From positions 9,052,001 to 9,116,000 of the forward strand of contig NC_090349.1 of the NCBI RefSeq assembly GCF_035084215.1: DNA of 64,000 nucleotides. The letters are read 5' to 3'. This DNA comes from Heptranchias perlo. Its lineage: Eukaryota. The position numbers were made by a program, and so were the translations under genes. Below are positions 1 through 13,400 of the stretch, one piece after another (positions within the stretch are counted from its first letter, which is position 1; every line of letters starts with the position of its first letter). The notes under the pieces are model-generated. The model was not told where the DNA came from. It did not search any database and saw nothing but the letters and a program-made list of their open reading frames with translations.

Positions 1-318
1 TCAGTGAAGAAGTTTCTCCTCATCTCAGTTTTGAAAGAGCAGCCCCTTATTCTAAGATTATGCCCCCTAGTTCTAGTTTCACCCATCCTTGGGAACATCC
101 TTACCGCATCCACCCGATCAAGCCCCTTCACAATCATATATGTTTCAATAAGATCGCCTCTCATTCTTCTCAACTCCAATGAGTAGAGCCCTAATCTACT
201 CAACTTCTCCTCGTATGTCCACCCCCTCATCCCCGGGATTAGCTGAGTGAACCTTCTTTGTACTGCCTCGAGAGCAAGTATTTCTTTTCTTAAGTATGGA
301 CACCAAAACTGTATGCAG
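1..318 (-). mobile_element. CR1 LINE 3' ORF2 fragment (continues at 1874-1895 after a nested LINE)
   Basis: Closely matches the CR1 copy at about 18050-18300. The sequence ...ACTGTATGCAG|TATTCCAGGTG... is split by the element at 319-1873. Confidence 0.85.
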
Positions 319-1873
319 GCTATGGGCCTCGACAACATCCCAGATGTAGTGCTGAAGACTTGTGCTCCAGAACTAGCTGCGCCTCTAGCCAAGCTGTTCC
401 AGTACAGCTACAACACTGGCATCTACCCGACAATGTGGAAAATTGCCCAGGTATGTCCTGTCCACAAAAAGCAGGACAAATCCAATCCGGCCAATTACCG
501 CCCCATCAGTCTACTCTCAGTCATCAGCAAAGTGATGGAAGGTGTCGTCGACAGTGCTATCAAGCGGCACTTACTCACCAATAACCTGCTCACCGATGCT
601 CAGTTTGGGTTCCGCCAGGACCACTCGGCTCCAGACCTCATTACAGCCTTGGTCCAAACATGGACAAAAGAGCTAAATTCCAGAGGTGAGGTGAGAGTGA
701 CTGCCCTTGACATCAAGGCAGCATTTGACCGAGTGTGGCATCAAGGAGCCCTAGTAAAATTGAAGCCAATGGGAATCAGGGGGAAAACTCTCCAGTGGCT
801 GGAGTCATACCTAGCACAAAGGAAGATGGTAGTGGTTGTTGGAGGCCAATCATCTCAGCCCCAGGGCATTGCTGCAGGAGTTCCTCAGGGCAGTGTCCTT
901 GGCCCAACCATCTTCAGCTGCTTCATCAATGACCTTCCCTCCATCATAAGGTCAGAAATGGGGATGTTCGCTGATGACTGCACGGTGTTCAGTTCCATTC
1001 GCAACCCCTCAGATAATGAAGCAGTCCGAGCCCGCATGCAGCAAGACCTGGACAACATCCAGGCTTGGGCTCATAAGTGGCAAGTAACATTTGCGCCAGA
1101 TAAGTGCCAGGCAATGACCATCTCCAACAAGCGAGAGTCTAACCACCTCCCCTTATCATTCAACGGCATTACCATCGCCGAATCGCCCACCATCAACATC
1201 GTGGGGGTCACCATTGACCAGAAACTTAACTGGACCAGCCATATAAATACTGTGGCTACGAGAGCAGGTCAGAGGCTGGGTATTCTGCGGCGAGTGACTC
1301 ACCTCCTGACTCCCCAAAGCCTTTCCACCATCTACAAGGCACAAGTCAGGAGTGTGATGGAATACTCTCCAGTTGCCTGGATGAGTGCAGCTCCAACAAC
1401 ACTCAAGAAGCTCGACACCATCCAAGATAAAGCAGCCCGCTTGATTGGCACCCCATCCACCACCCTAAACATTCACTCCCTTCACCACCGGCGCACAGTG
1501 GCTGCAGTGTGCACCATCCACACGATGCACTGCAGCAACTCGCCAAGGCTTCTTCGACAGCACCTCCCAAACCTGCGACCTCTACCACCTAGAAGGACAA
1601 GGGCAGCAGGCGCATGGGAACAACATCACCTGCACGTTCCCCTCCAAGTCACACACCATCCCGACTTGGAAATATATCGCCGTTCCTTCATTGTCGCTGG
1701 GTCAAAATCCTGGAACTCCCTTCCTAACAGCACTGTGGGAGAACCGTCACCACATGGACTGCAGCGGTTCAAGAAGGCGGCTCACCACCACCTTCTCGAG
1801 GGCAATTAGGGATGGGCAATAAATGCTGGCCTCACCAGCGACGCCCACATCCCGTGAACGAATAAAAAAAAAA
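319..1873 (+). mobile_element. 5'-truncated non-LTR retrotransposon (CR1/L2/Jockey group, here 'family B'); RT reading frame open to its stop; poly(A) tail
   Basis: ORF 247-1809 has [35 protein letters not shown] and FADD motifs. The 3' end reads GGCAATTAGGGATGGGCAATAAATGCTGG...GAATAAAAAAAAAA. Confidence 0.93.
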
Positions 1874-1897
1874 GTATTCCAGGTGTGGTCTCACCGA

Positions 1898-2045
1898 TCA
1901 TAGTATCATATAGCATAGTAGGTAGAGCACAGGAGGTGGCCATTCGGCCCATCGTGCTTGTGCCGGCTCTTTTAAAGAGCTATCCAATTAGTCCCAGACC
2001 CCTGCTCTTTCCCCATAGCTCTGTAATGTTTTCCCTTCAAGTATT
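1898..2045 (-). mobile_element. CR1 3' UTR fragment
   Basis: CATAG tail repeats followed by GGCCATTCGGCCC, as at the other CR1 3' ends in this window. Confidence 0.65.
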
Positions 2046-2629
2046 CAGCAGATAATTTGATTTCAAATATTTTTTTTAAATTTGGGATGACCAGTGAAAT
2101 ATTACTCATTCTTTAACTGTATAGGAGCATTTCTTTAATAAATCCCGACATATAACATGATTTTTAAAAAGTAAACCATTAGGCTATGACACATTGTTGG
2201 GTTGAAGTGGAGGGAGTTTTTTGCTGCTCCTGACTATTGTTGATGGTGAGCTGTAACGACAACTTTGAAAAGAACTGCTCCATGCCATGTACTGATATCT
2301 TGTAGTATGTTGATCAAAATATTTATCCCTTCTGCCACCACGCAAAGCAGAAAATTATGAGGTATTCTACATATCCTAACATTATGTTGCAATAGATATT
2401 CGCAGAAAACTAACTTTACAAAGTAAGAAGGAAGAGACCAAGTTCGCAGCTTGAAACATAAGAGCAGGTCATTGCTCGAACTCTTAGAATTGGGATCAAT
2501 TGGCAGCGAGGTAAGTTAGCGCTTATTTTGAGCTTTTAAGTAAATTGTATTTCTAATAATGCAGTTGTTCCTGCATATAGCAAATAATCTGGAATTAAAA
2601 GACAGCATCGAAAAATTGGTTTCAAATAG

Positions 2630-3540
2630 GCCCCGTGGTTGATCGTGAGAAAGAAAGCTGTAGACTGAAGGAAGATGTCAATGGACTGGTCAGGTGGGCA
2701 AAAAAGTGGCAAATGGAATTCAATCTGGAGAAGTGTGAGGCAATGCATTTGGCGAGGGCAAACAAGGCAAGGGAGTACACAATAAATGGAAGGATACTGA
2801 GAAGTGTCGAGGAACTGAGGGACCTTGGAGTGCATATCCACAGATCCCTGAAGGTAGCAGGACAGGTGAATAAGGTAGTTAAGAAAGCATACGGGAGGAT
2901 ATTTTCCTTTATCAGCCGAGGCATAGAATATGAGAGCAGGGAGGTTATGCCAGAACTGTATAAAGTATTGGTTAGGTCACAGTTAGAGTACTGCGTACAG
3001 TTCTGGTCTCCACATTACAGGAAAGATGTGATTGCACTAGAGAGGGTACAGAGGAGATTTACGAGGATGTTGCCTGGGCTGGAGAATTTTAGCTATAAGG
3101 AAAGATTGGATAGGCTGGGATTATTTTCTTTGGAACACAGGAGGCTGAGGGGAGATTTAATTGAGGTATATAACATTATGATGGGCCTAGCTAGAGTGGA
3201 TAGGAAGGATCTATTTCCCTTAGCAGATAGGTCAATAAACGGGGGACATAGATTTTAAAGTAATTGATAGAGGGATTAGAGGGGAGTTGAGGATAATGTT
3301 TTTCACCCAGAGGGTGGTGGGGGTCTGAAACTCACTGCCAGAAAGGGTGGTAGAGGCAAGAACCCTCAACTCATTTAAAAAGCACTTGGATATGCACTTG
3401 AAGTGCAGTAACCTACAAGGCTACGGACCAAGAGTTGGAAAGTGGGATAAGGCTGGATAGCTCTTTTTAGGGCGGCACAGACACGATGGGCCGAATGACC
3501 TCCCTCTCTGCCGTAAATTTCTATGATTCTATGATTCTAT
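2630..3540 (+). mobile_element. 5'-truncated CR1 LINE
   Basis: ORF 2635-3258 (WQMEFN..KC, DLGVHI, LEYCVQFWSP, ERVQRRFTRM) and an (ATTCTATG)n tail at about 3519-3540. Confidence 0.92.
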
Positions 3541-3699
3541 TAAGTTTTGCTGTTTAACTAGTTCTAATTGCGAAAAACAGGTTAAGTGCAAAAACCAGGT
3601 AGACCCAAACAATTCGATGCCACCTTTTAATTCCAGGCTGCTTGCTATATGTGAGAGCAACTGCGGTATTATTTCAAAAAAGATGCTCACTAATGATAC

Positions 3700-4150
3700 A
3701 AACTTATAGCCGAGTACTGCCTAAAATGGCGCCTTCATTCAAAAAGTGTGCCCTCCGTCTTTCACTTTCACAATGCTAGTGCGTCTCATGAACTCACTAT
3801 CATCCTAAAAGATCCATTTAAACATGATGCTCACCCAGTCCATTTGAGTGTCACCTGCACCGGTCACTAACCTACGAAAACCATCCACTGAAAACTGCTG
3901 AGAAAGTTAAAACCCGAAATAACCTAATCGTCAAACTTGCCGGCTCTGCCTGGGGAGCAAACGCCTCCACTTTAACGGCATCTGCTCTCGCACTTTTCGA
4001 TTCGGATGTGCAATATTGCGTTTCTGTTTGGGCTTACTCAATGCACATTAAGTGGTGAATACTTATTTGCATGCTTTCTGCGTTACTCTGATTCAAGTCT
4101 TCGGAGTGTGTCCTGGGTCAGCTGCCTGTTGTGTAACTTCCCCTCACTTA
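3700..4150 (+). mobile_element. Degenerate Vingi/Ingi-like LINE fragment
   Basis: Translates to KVKTRNNLIVKLAGSAWGANASTLTASALAL, which resembles the post-RT region of Vingi/I-group elements. Confidence 0.6.
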
Positions 4151-4767
4151 AAAGTAGCACTTTGCACCTACTTAAACTTAAATACAGCGTTTCTACTAAT
4201 ATACATTACTACAATACTGTTGGATTATTTACTACACTATCACTATACATTGAACATAATTGAAACTTGAACTGGCTGGTAAAGGAAGTTGCCACGCCTC
4301 AATATAAATTATCTTATCAAACTATAACATTGCACGTGGCAACCTGGCCCATGAATAACTCTGCATCAAAGTTGGAATTTCACATCAAACTGTATAAAGC
4401 CATTCCTAATTGCCAGCTGCCTTGCTAACATTTTTTGATCAGCCAGTTGTCTGACATGCACATCAGTAGATTTAAGATTCTTCAAACGCCTAGGTAAGTA
4501 GAGTTTTTGTTTGCGTGATACAGATTTAAAACATTCTCCACACATGGACACACTCCACTTACCCATGGCCAGAGAAGTTAAGTGCAGGTGACAAAGAGCC
4601 AAGGCTTGGGGCCCAAGAGTGTGTAATGGTATTTCTGCAGTATAGTTAGCTAAATTTATGCAGACCAAGCAACAGTAGTTTAAGACTATGGTGTAAAAGT
4701 AGAAATAGTCAAGTATCCTGGCTCGCATAGTGCAGAAACATTCTAGCAAGAAGGCAAATTTCAAAGC

Positions 4768-4818
4768 GGGGGGTGGGGGGTGGGGGTGGGGGGGTGGCGG
4801 GGGGCGGTGGTGAGGGGG
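4768..4818 (+). repeat. G-rich low-complexity tract (G-quadruplex-capable)
   Basis: At least five runs of G5 or longer separated by short loops. Confidence 0.8.
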
Positions 4819-5544
4819 CATGGAGTTCAGCATCTCTGTGAGAAGAAGGACAGCTTACGCAGCAGAACATCAGGGAGGCCATGAAATAGATAAAATTAAT
4901 GTCAGAAGATGCTCTACACCAAAACAAGAGATTTGGTTGCTACGAAACCAACACTAGTGGAGTCATGGGAGGCCGAATAGGGAGGCTGTACTCAGATAGG
5001 AAAGGTCACACATTCCTCAAAGGAACAAACAGCTTGTAAACAGAGATGAAGGTTCAGGTCATTAGTTGTATTATGTAAAACAGCTTATCTTGAGTTGCTA
5101 ACATGGCACCAGCATGGTGGGATGATTTATGACTAGGAGATAAGACCAGAAATCCACATATGCAGAACAACGCAGCCGAATATTATAAAGATAGAGCATG
5201 GTCCCTCCCAAAATTTAGAGCTCTCAAGAGGACAGTTGAGGAGGTCAGACCTGATCAGTCTGAATCTGGGGAACCCGCTTGTATTAAGTGCCATAGAGGA
5301 TTGAATTGATTACATACAATATTCCATCATCAGGCATGTCATCTTTGAGCCATCTGGAACCCAATTAGACTAGTTAATCCTCTGCCCCAAGAATAGGCAC
5401 GAGTTGTTCCTAGACAAAGTTCCAAGGAACAAGTACTTATTTTCAAGGAGGTCAGACTAGGAGTTGTACTCGCCTATTTGGCTATTTTCATTTATCATCC
5501 GTGAACCCTTACATTGCAATTTTCAACTTTAAAAAATGCATTCT

Positions 5545-5790
5545 CAGGACATGGGCATCACTGACAAGGTCAGTATTTATTACCTATCCCTAGTTTTCCT
5601 GATACAACTGTATGGTTTTCTAGGCCACTTCAGTAGGCAGTTAAGAGTCAACCATTTTGATGTGCGACTGGAGTCACATATAGGCCAGTCTGGGTAAGGA
5701 CGACAGGTTTCATTCCCTAAAGGACATTAGTGAACCAGTTGGATTTTTACGACAATCGACCGCTTCATGGTCGCTTTTCCTGATATCAGC
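5545..5790 (-). mobile_element. SINE fragment sharing its 3' tail with LINE family B
   Basis: The reverse complement ends in AACTAGGGATAGGTAATAAATACTGACC, similar to the family B 3' end. The body resembles 39980-40185. Confidence 0.65.
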
Positions 5791-6623
5791 TCAACATATA
5801 AATAAAGAGGTTTCATTCGTGCTCGCACCTCTCATAACATTTAAGTTTAGTTATTTCGACAGAGCTCTGAGAATACATGTTTTTACTTCTATGTAGAGCC
5901 CATATCTACGTATAACGCACGAGGCTCTCTGCAAGTGCTCCTATGAGAGCAATACCAATAGCATAATAGCATCATCAAAAAATGTGAACTCCGATCTAAT
6001 AACTCTCTACAGTTAGTTGAATTGTGATTTAATATCGCAATAATAAATTATGCATTGATTTTAAAAATGGTATTTTACTTTGCAGAAGGAACGATTCGAT
6101 TTATTACGCGGAAAACAAAAAAAAGTAAGTAAGTGTGAAAGCAATTCTTGGCAATGTTCCGGTATTCTGCAGTGACCGCAAATATAAACTGTAGTTACAG
6201 TTCTTGTCCAGCTGATGGCGCTGTGACACAGCGTAACTGAGAAATAAGCTACCAAAGTTTCTTTGTACAGATTCATCAATAATACCACAAAGAAAGCTGT
6301 CTGAAGCACAGGAAAGCATTTAAAATTTACAATGTTGACAGATTGGCCTGTAAGTCGAAGCGCAGCATTACGTTTAAGAACAAGAGATGAGTTTTTCCTG
6401 CTCCCAGCAAGTCCCTGTAAAATGCTTCTCGCTGAGAAACTATAGGCCGTATAGTGAAGGTGGTGGCAATAAATGGGGCGAGGTTTTGTGAGAACTTTAT
6501 ACACGTATTCGCCAATTGATTGACACATCAGTGGTCACAGTACAAAGCAAATGAGCTGGTCAGGGCAAAATGCTTGCAACCCTTAAAGAACAAAGGCAAA
6601 ATCACCCACTTAATTAGTTTGAA

Positions 6624-7869
6624 ACATAGAAACACAGAAAATAGGAGCAGGAGTAGGCCATTCGGCCCTTCGAGCCTGCTCCGCCATTCAATATGATCAC
6701 GGCTGATCCTCTATCTCAATACCAAATTCCCGCTCTCTCCCCATACCCCTTGATGCCTTTTGTGTCTAGAAATCTATCTAGCTCCTTCTTAAATATATTC
6801 AGTGACTTGGCCTCCGCAACCTTCCGTGGTAGAGAATTCTACAGGTTCACCACCCTCTGAGTGAAGAAATTTCTCCTCTTCTCAGTCCTAAATGTCCTGC
6901 CCCGCATCCTGAGACTGTGACCCCTCATTCTGGACCCCCCAGCCAGGGGAAACATCTTCCCTGCATCCAGTTGGTCTAGCCCTGTCAGAATTTTATACAT
7001 TTCAATGAGATCCGCTCTCATTCTTCTAAACTCGAGTGAATACAGGCCGAGTCGACCCAATCTCTCCTCATACGACAGTCCTGCCATCTCAGGAACCAGT
7101 CTGGTGAACCTTTGCTGCACTCCCTCCATGGCAAGTATATCCTTTCTTAGGTAAGGCGACCAAAACTGCACACAATACTCCAGGTGTAGTTTCACCAAGG
7201 CCCTGTATAACTGCAGTAAGACATCCTTGCTCCTGTACTCAAATCCTCTTGCAATGAAGGCCAACATTCCATTTGCCTTCCTAACTGCTTGATGCACCTG
7301 TACGTTTACTTTCAGTGACTGGCGTACAAGGATACCCAGGTCCCTTTGTATATCAACATTTCCCAATCTATCTCCATTTAAATAATAATACTCTGCCTTT
7401 CTGTTTTTACTTCTGAAGTGGATAACTTGACATTTATTCACATTATACTGTATCTGCCATGTATTTACCCACTCACTCAACTTGTCTAAATCGCTTTGAA
7501 GCCTCTTTGCATCCTCCTCACAACTCACGATTCCACCTAGTTTTGTGTCATCAGCAAACTTGGAAATATTACATTTGTTTCTCTCATCCAAATCATTGAT
7601 ATATATTGTGAATAACTGGGGCCCAAGCACTGATCCCTGCGGTACCCCACCAGTCACTGCCTGCCACCCCGAAAAATACCCATTTATTTCTACTCTCTGT
7701 TTCCTGTCTGTTAACCAATTTTCAATCCATGCCAGTATATTACCCCCATCCCATGTGCTTTAATTTTGCACAATAACCTCTTATGTGGGACTTTATCAAA
7801 GGCCTTCTGGAAATCCAGATAAACCACATCCACTGGTTTTCCCTTATCTATTCTACCAGTTACATCCTT
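6624..7869 (-). mobile_element. 5'-truncated CR1 LINE
   Basis: ORF 6839-7657 ([27 protein letters not shown]) and an (AAACATAG)-type tail at about 6622-6642. Confidence 0.93.
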
Positions 7870-8119
7870 GAGATTTTACATCATGAGATTTTAATTAATT
7901 TGGTCCTCTCAGTGCCATTGTTAATGCACCATTTTCCAACACAATTTAAACTCTGCCCTGGAATTTCCTGCTTATTTGTGCCCAGAGAGTAGCACGATTG
8001 GAGTGCGAAACAAATATGCGGCAGAACAGATTGCGGATTTTTGGGCATAAGTAAATTACGCTCGTCAGTCCAATGCGCCCAAATCTCCTTGATCATTTTC
8101 GACCATCGATCGATCCCTC

Positions 8120-9230
8120 TGGCCGAACAACCCTTCTGCAAGTACTCGGGCTGGAGAGTGTATAGGTCTTGCTTGACATTCCAGGAGATGCCTGAGGAGC
8201 TGGCGGTGCATCTGCTGCACTTTGCAAAGGCGAGCATCGGCCGACTCTGAGACTTGCTTCGAGACCACATAAAGCCCCGGTCCACATACAGCAGAGCTTT
8301 AAATCTAGGCGACCTCAGTCCTGAACTGTTACGGGTCTGAATCCTTCTAGGAATGAATGGGGGACCTGTGCAGGAGTAGCCAAGAGGCAGTGAGGGCCTG
8401 CATCCGGTTGTTAACTGACGCCCTGTTCCATAGGGCTGGGAGTTAATTAAATTTGGAATGTCCCTGGTAGACCGAAGGCATAGGGACTAAGTTTCTATAT
8501 AATTGTTGGCTTCCCAGAATGGCCAATGCCATCGACGGAATGCCCTGGTGGCACTGAAGGTTCCCTTCAGAACCTACATGAACAGAAAGGGCTTCCACTC
8601 CCTCAACGTCCTGATGGTCTGCAACACCTGGTTGCACATCTGGCATGTGAACTCACAGCACACAGGTGCCTGTCACCATGCGTTCATTGTGTGCAACTCA
8701 GTTATCATACGCATGCTCGGGGATGGGCCTCCAGTGGAAAGATGGATATTTGGTGACAAGGTTTATCCACTGCTGCTGTGGCTGACGACGCCTTTTTGAA
8801 TCCCACAGACTGAAGTGGAGGAGAGGTACAATCAGGTACATGCGGCCACCCGGCAGACCGTTGAGAGGACTATCAAGGTGCAGAAGAGCCGCTTCAAGTG
8901 CTTGGACAGGACTGGAGTGTCCTCCACTTCTCCCCAGAGAGGGTAGCGGGGATAGTCGTCATATGCTGTGTCCTACATAACGTCGCCACAGCCGAAAGTC
9001 TAGATCGTGTTATAATGGAGGAGGAGGCCATCGAAGCAAAAGATCCTGTGCTGCCAGAGCCGGAGCCAGGGAATGTGCGCCACTGCAGGAGGTATCCCTT
9101 CGAGAGAACAGGGCTACCAGAGCGCGGCTTGTGGCGCAGGCTTTTACCCAATGAGCACCCCACAGAGGTCGCAACCAGAAGAAGAGTGAGACACGGCTTT
9201 CGTTATCTTCAAATAATGTTTTATTATTAA
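8120..9230 (+). pseudogene. Harbinger (HARBI1-like DDE) transposase pseudogene
   Basis: Frameshifted segments NRKGFHSLNVLMVC, WIFGDKVYPLLLWLTTPF, EERYNQVHAATRQTVERTI..KSRFKCLD and VICCVLHN. Confidence 0.88.
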
Positions 9231-9600
9231 AATGTTTCAAACTTTAAGTGAAAATTGTTACAAATAAATATAAATCTTGACTGATAACATTAAACTATAC
9301 TGAGAAATTTCAAACAATTTGGCATAAAAGATCTGAGAAACATATTTTAATTAAGTGTGCTTCATGGCAATGTTAAAATCTCTTTAGAAACTTGAACAAC
9401 TATCTACATGAATATACCTTTAATCAATAAAAAATAAACATTACCAACCATTGGAATCCTGAGTTCAACCAATGTAAACTTTAGAAATGTTTTGCAACTT
9501 TTGAAAACTTTGAAAAATGTAAATAAAGATTTAACTCTTTCAAACAAGAAATGCTTAATTAGCAGCAGTAACACATCAAACACAACAAACGGGACATGAC

Positions 9601-10466
9601 TGTGATGGTCACAATGTTCCAGCCAAGCAAAGGAGGAGAAAGAGGAGGTATAGAGACAGGAGTTAAATTCTCCCCTACTCCCGGTGCCTCCACAAGCTCT
9701 TTAACCAGTTGCTCCTTTGCACGATCTCCTAGTAAACCCAGGACCACAAAGATGGGGTGTGGTGGTAAGACTCGGGGCTGATGAGTCGTGGGCCTGTGGT
9801 TGGTCCATGCTGATGGTCATGTGCTCTTGAACCAGGCCTGCTGCTGGTTGTATCCCAGTATGGAGCTCCAGAGCTGCATTGTACAACCTGCCATGTACAG
9901 ATGTCATAATGCTTGCTGTTGGAAGGTCGTGGCCCAGGCTGGCGCTGCCGTTTGGAGAAGTCAACGTTAGCAGAGATAGCGCTCGTAAAGAGATGGATAA
10001 CAATTACTGGAAAAAGCTTGACACACACACGTGAAGGTAACCTATCAGGAGAGGTGGCCACCCAAATGACAAACCAAGAGTGGTTGAACAGGACGAACAT
10101 GACAGCGATCACGTGCTGCTCAGACCACTAAGGAAGGATAGAAGAGGATAGAATTAGCCACTTTCGCGCGAGCCGATGGTGAGGAAGCATATCGTCCAAG
10201 AAGATAAATATTGGGAAGAACCCTCGTGAACAAAGAAACCAGTCACTCCAGCGTTCCAAGTGCTGTGCAGCCCATTCAAAGGTTGTATGTATCTAATCCA
10301 TTAAAGTTAAGGGAACTGCATCGTAATATCACACTGACAATTTTATTAAGAATTGTATGGCTTAAACTAAAAAGCAAAGTGTTGTGAGAAAAAATGAATT
10401 TGTTTGAAACTCGTTACTCCACTCAATATATTAAGACCGAAAGATAGAGAAGTGAAAAATCTTACA
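9601..10466 (+). mobile_element. Putative 5' LTR of an endogenous retrovirus / LTR element
   Basis: Ends ...CTTACA immediately before a tRNA primer-binding site. The TG start at 9601 is tentative. Confidence 0.6.
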
Positions 10467-10469
10467 GAT

Positions 10470-10489
10470 TGGTGCCGTGGGACTCGGAT
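10470..10489 (+). promoter_or_regulatory. Primer-binding site complementary to tRNA-His
   Basis: TGGTGCCGTG(GG)ACTCGGAT matches the His PBS TGGTGCCGTGACTCGGAT with a 2-nt insertion, 3 nt after the LTR-terminal CA. Confidence 0.8.
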
Positions 10490-13400
10490 TCTGAGTTTAA
10501 AAGGATTTTATTTTGTCTCAGACAACATCTGGTAGAATAAAGTTCAGGATACGCCAGCCCAGGTAGATCTACCAAAGGCATAACAGCAAACATTTAATGG
10601 CCCGGAAATTGCCCTGAGCTGTGAACCATTAGATTTAACTCTCAACCACTAAGCATCCGCAGGTTTTTCAGTGACAACTTCCTTGAATGGTGACCTCAAA
10701 CAATGCAGCGTTCTTTCACGGGCAACTAGGAGCTGTGAGAGTGGGGAAAGGCTCGCTCTCTCCCTCAATCAATCAACTTGAAGCATCCTTGACAAGCCGC
10801 ACAGACTAAGAAACAAGAAGTGTCAGATAGATTAGTGGATTCACCCTAAAATCAGTTGGAGAAAGCGAAATAAAGAGAAGGTAAGATTAAAAGACATAGA
10901 ACAAAAGAGACAGAAAGAATAAGTAAAAAATAAAAATTTTAATTTAAGAATTTTTAAAAAATGTCCAACAACAATTAAAATCGGAAGTAATGAGACTCTA
11001 CATTTTTAAAAGTTAATATTCAGTGCCAGAGAGATTGCTTGACAGTCATCGATACTTACTATGCCATTAAAAGTTAGTTTAGACCTAATAAAACCCAGGG
11101 TACCTGTTTTATGGAGTGATTAGTTCATTTCCAGCTGGGCAGTGCAGCATTCATTCAGCCAGTGAGCTGTCCTTCCCACGCAGCTTTCAAACAAGCTGGG
11201 CAAATGGTCGAACAATTTCCAGTTTGACTGCGTATGTGCACTGCCAGAACATGCTCTTCCATTTGCCATGAAATAACGACGAGCCCTGTTAGCCTCGCTG
11301 TTATTTCTTAAGTAATTTCTGGGCCAGTGAATTAGTTGGGAAAAAAAACTCAAAAAGAAACAGGTCAAAGCGATGTGGATTTTAACATTACTGTTCCAGG
11401 TACAGAAAGGAAAAAGAGAGGCTCTAGAGCAACAATTAAGGGAGCCAAAGCAGCAGAGAAGCTCGAGGAGCTTATCAAAGAAGTGGAGGCTGCCAAACTC
11501 TCAAGAGGGAAGGAACAATGCATGGACTTAATGCTGCACGTAGGTGCACGATTTAGCCCGGGGAGTTGAAATAGGGAAAGAAACTGAAATATAGCAGACA
11601 AAGGTAGCCTGGCTATTAACAGCTTTACTGTTAAAGAAAAGAATGAGAAACTGATGCAGAAACAGTTAGCAATGAAAGCACAGGAGAATTAAATCCTGCA
11701 ACTTGAGCGTAAGATTGCTAATCAACAAACAGCAGGAGCAGTTTGCTGAGAAGCATTCGAAGTTCCTGTTCAAAAGGACCGTCTCAAAATTGTGGTTGAG
11801 ATGTTCAGCGAAAAGGGAAAATGTGAGAGGTGTAAACATGCTCTAAAGGGATGTAGAATGGGATTTGCAGGGTTGAGACCAGCAGTGAGAGAGGCAGTTA
11901 TGGGGATTTAAGATGGTGAACCGAGAAATTTACTGGGACTTTCCACTGGTTCCCCAGCGCCCCCTTTCCTATTTACTCTATGTCATTACACCCTCCCATA
12001 TACCAATGGAGAAGAGGAAATTAAATTGTGTAGGAGGATTGGGAGTTAATACTTGTTCTTTCACAGCAGATAGAGGCTGTAAAGGAATCGTGTAGAAATG
12101 TTTTGGTTAGATATGCCAAATGTAACAAAAGATTTAGGAAAAAGAGAGAAATTAAAAGCTCACAAGACTATTGTCTGCACCTTCATCACACCATGCTTAG
12201 GTGAGGGCATTGACTATAAACTTGAGGTTTTCAATCCGTACGGAATGGGGTTAGTAGAAAACATCAGAAATTGAAAATTGGTCTGAGGATTAGTCTATGA
12301 TGGAATAAAGGAGTAAGGGGAAGATTATTTCCCCTTTCTACTGTTAAAAGGCTGCAAAAATTCTTTCTTTTGTTTTCATTTTGTTGTCTCTTTAAAAGTC
12401 TGTGTTAATGTTTGTTTCAGTGCTGCTAGCTGCAGATAGCTACACCCTTTTTTTACAGCTTGTCATTGTTAACCTTTTTGTAAACCTTAGCTTACAAGTG
12501 ATACGAGTGTTTTAAATGTTCAATTTAACTGCAAAAGTAAACCTTTTCCTCAGTTGTATTCAGTAATATTACAGTCACCTGAGAAGGCGAGAAGGCATAC
12601 TACCGAAAAGAACACCAGGGAGATGATTGTGTATTTGTAATCATGTGCTATTCCATCTATCTATACATGCATGTATTACTTTTGAGCTATTGAGTCCTTC
12701 TGCTTTTGGGTTTGAGCTACACTGGAGAAGTTAATGCTAACTGACCTGAGTTTACAGGTTGAGTGTCGAATCAAATTATCAAATTATGAAACTGGTTTTC
12801 TGTGGGTGGCCATTACGGACAGTTAGTTACTTAAACTGTGTGAATATTCCTTGGGCTCCCGACCTGGAATTATCAGATAAAATTCAGGCTTTCTGAGTTC
12901 ATAATCTATTACTGGGATCAATATTTTTATGATGGATGAGAGCAAATAAGGATTGAATGATTGAGAGTGATTAAGGTACCTGGATTTGTTACATTGAATA
13001 TTGAAGAACGTGAATTGACATGTAGACTTGTGGTGCTGCTGCTTAAGATAGCAATGTTAGAATTTGAAAAACAAAGCTTTAGTGCTTTCTCCAGGAGTGT
13101 TTGAAAATTGGTTATATATTTTAAATTAAAATATATTTACTCTGAAATTTGTTTTGCAGCGTTCATGTGCATTTGGGAAAAAAATCATACATGTGACTTT
13201 GATATTAGGATCTTTGTGCAAGTTTGTTTGGAGAATTATTATACAGTTACAGGACTAGGCCCTATTTTTTTGTTGAGATTTGAGATGTAATTCGAAATTG
13301 AAAAAAGGGCAACATTTTTAAAATGTAGTTGAAATCTACCTGAGTTTCCAGCTGCTGTGACGAAGTTGGCCCTGGCACGTTTTTTTCCAGTCAGTGCTGG

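Noticed and set aside
247-1809. 520-aa ORF as a host gene
   Set aside because: Chimeric: the first 24 or so codons are antisense CR1 (GTG start) fused to a truncated LINE RT.
6061-6528. 155-aa minus-strand ORF as an unrearranged V segment next to the RSS-like motif
   Set aside because: No C..W(Y)Q..YYC framework in any frame I read.
8120-9230. Domesticated HARBI1/NAIF1 genes (also 22640-25960)
   Set aside because: Multiple stops and frameshifts, and a transposon-type convergent two-gene layout.
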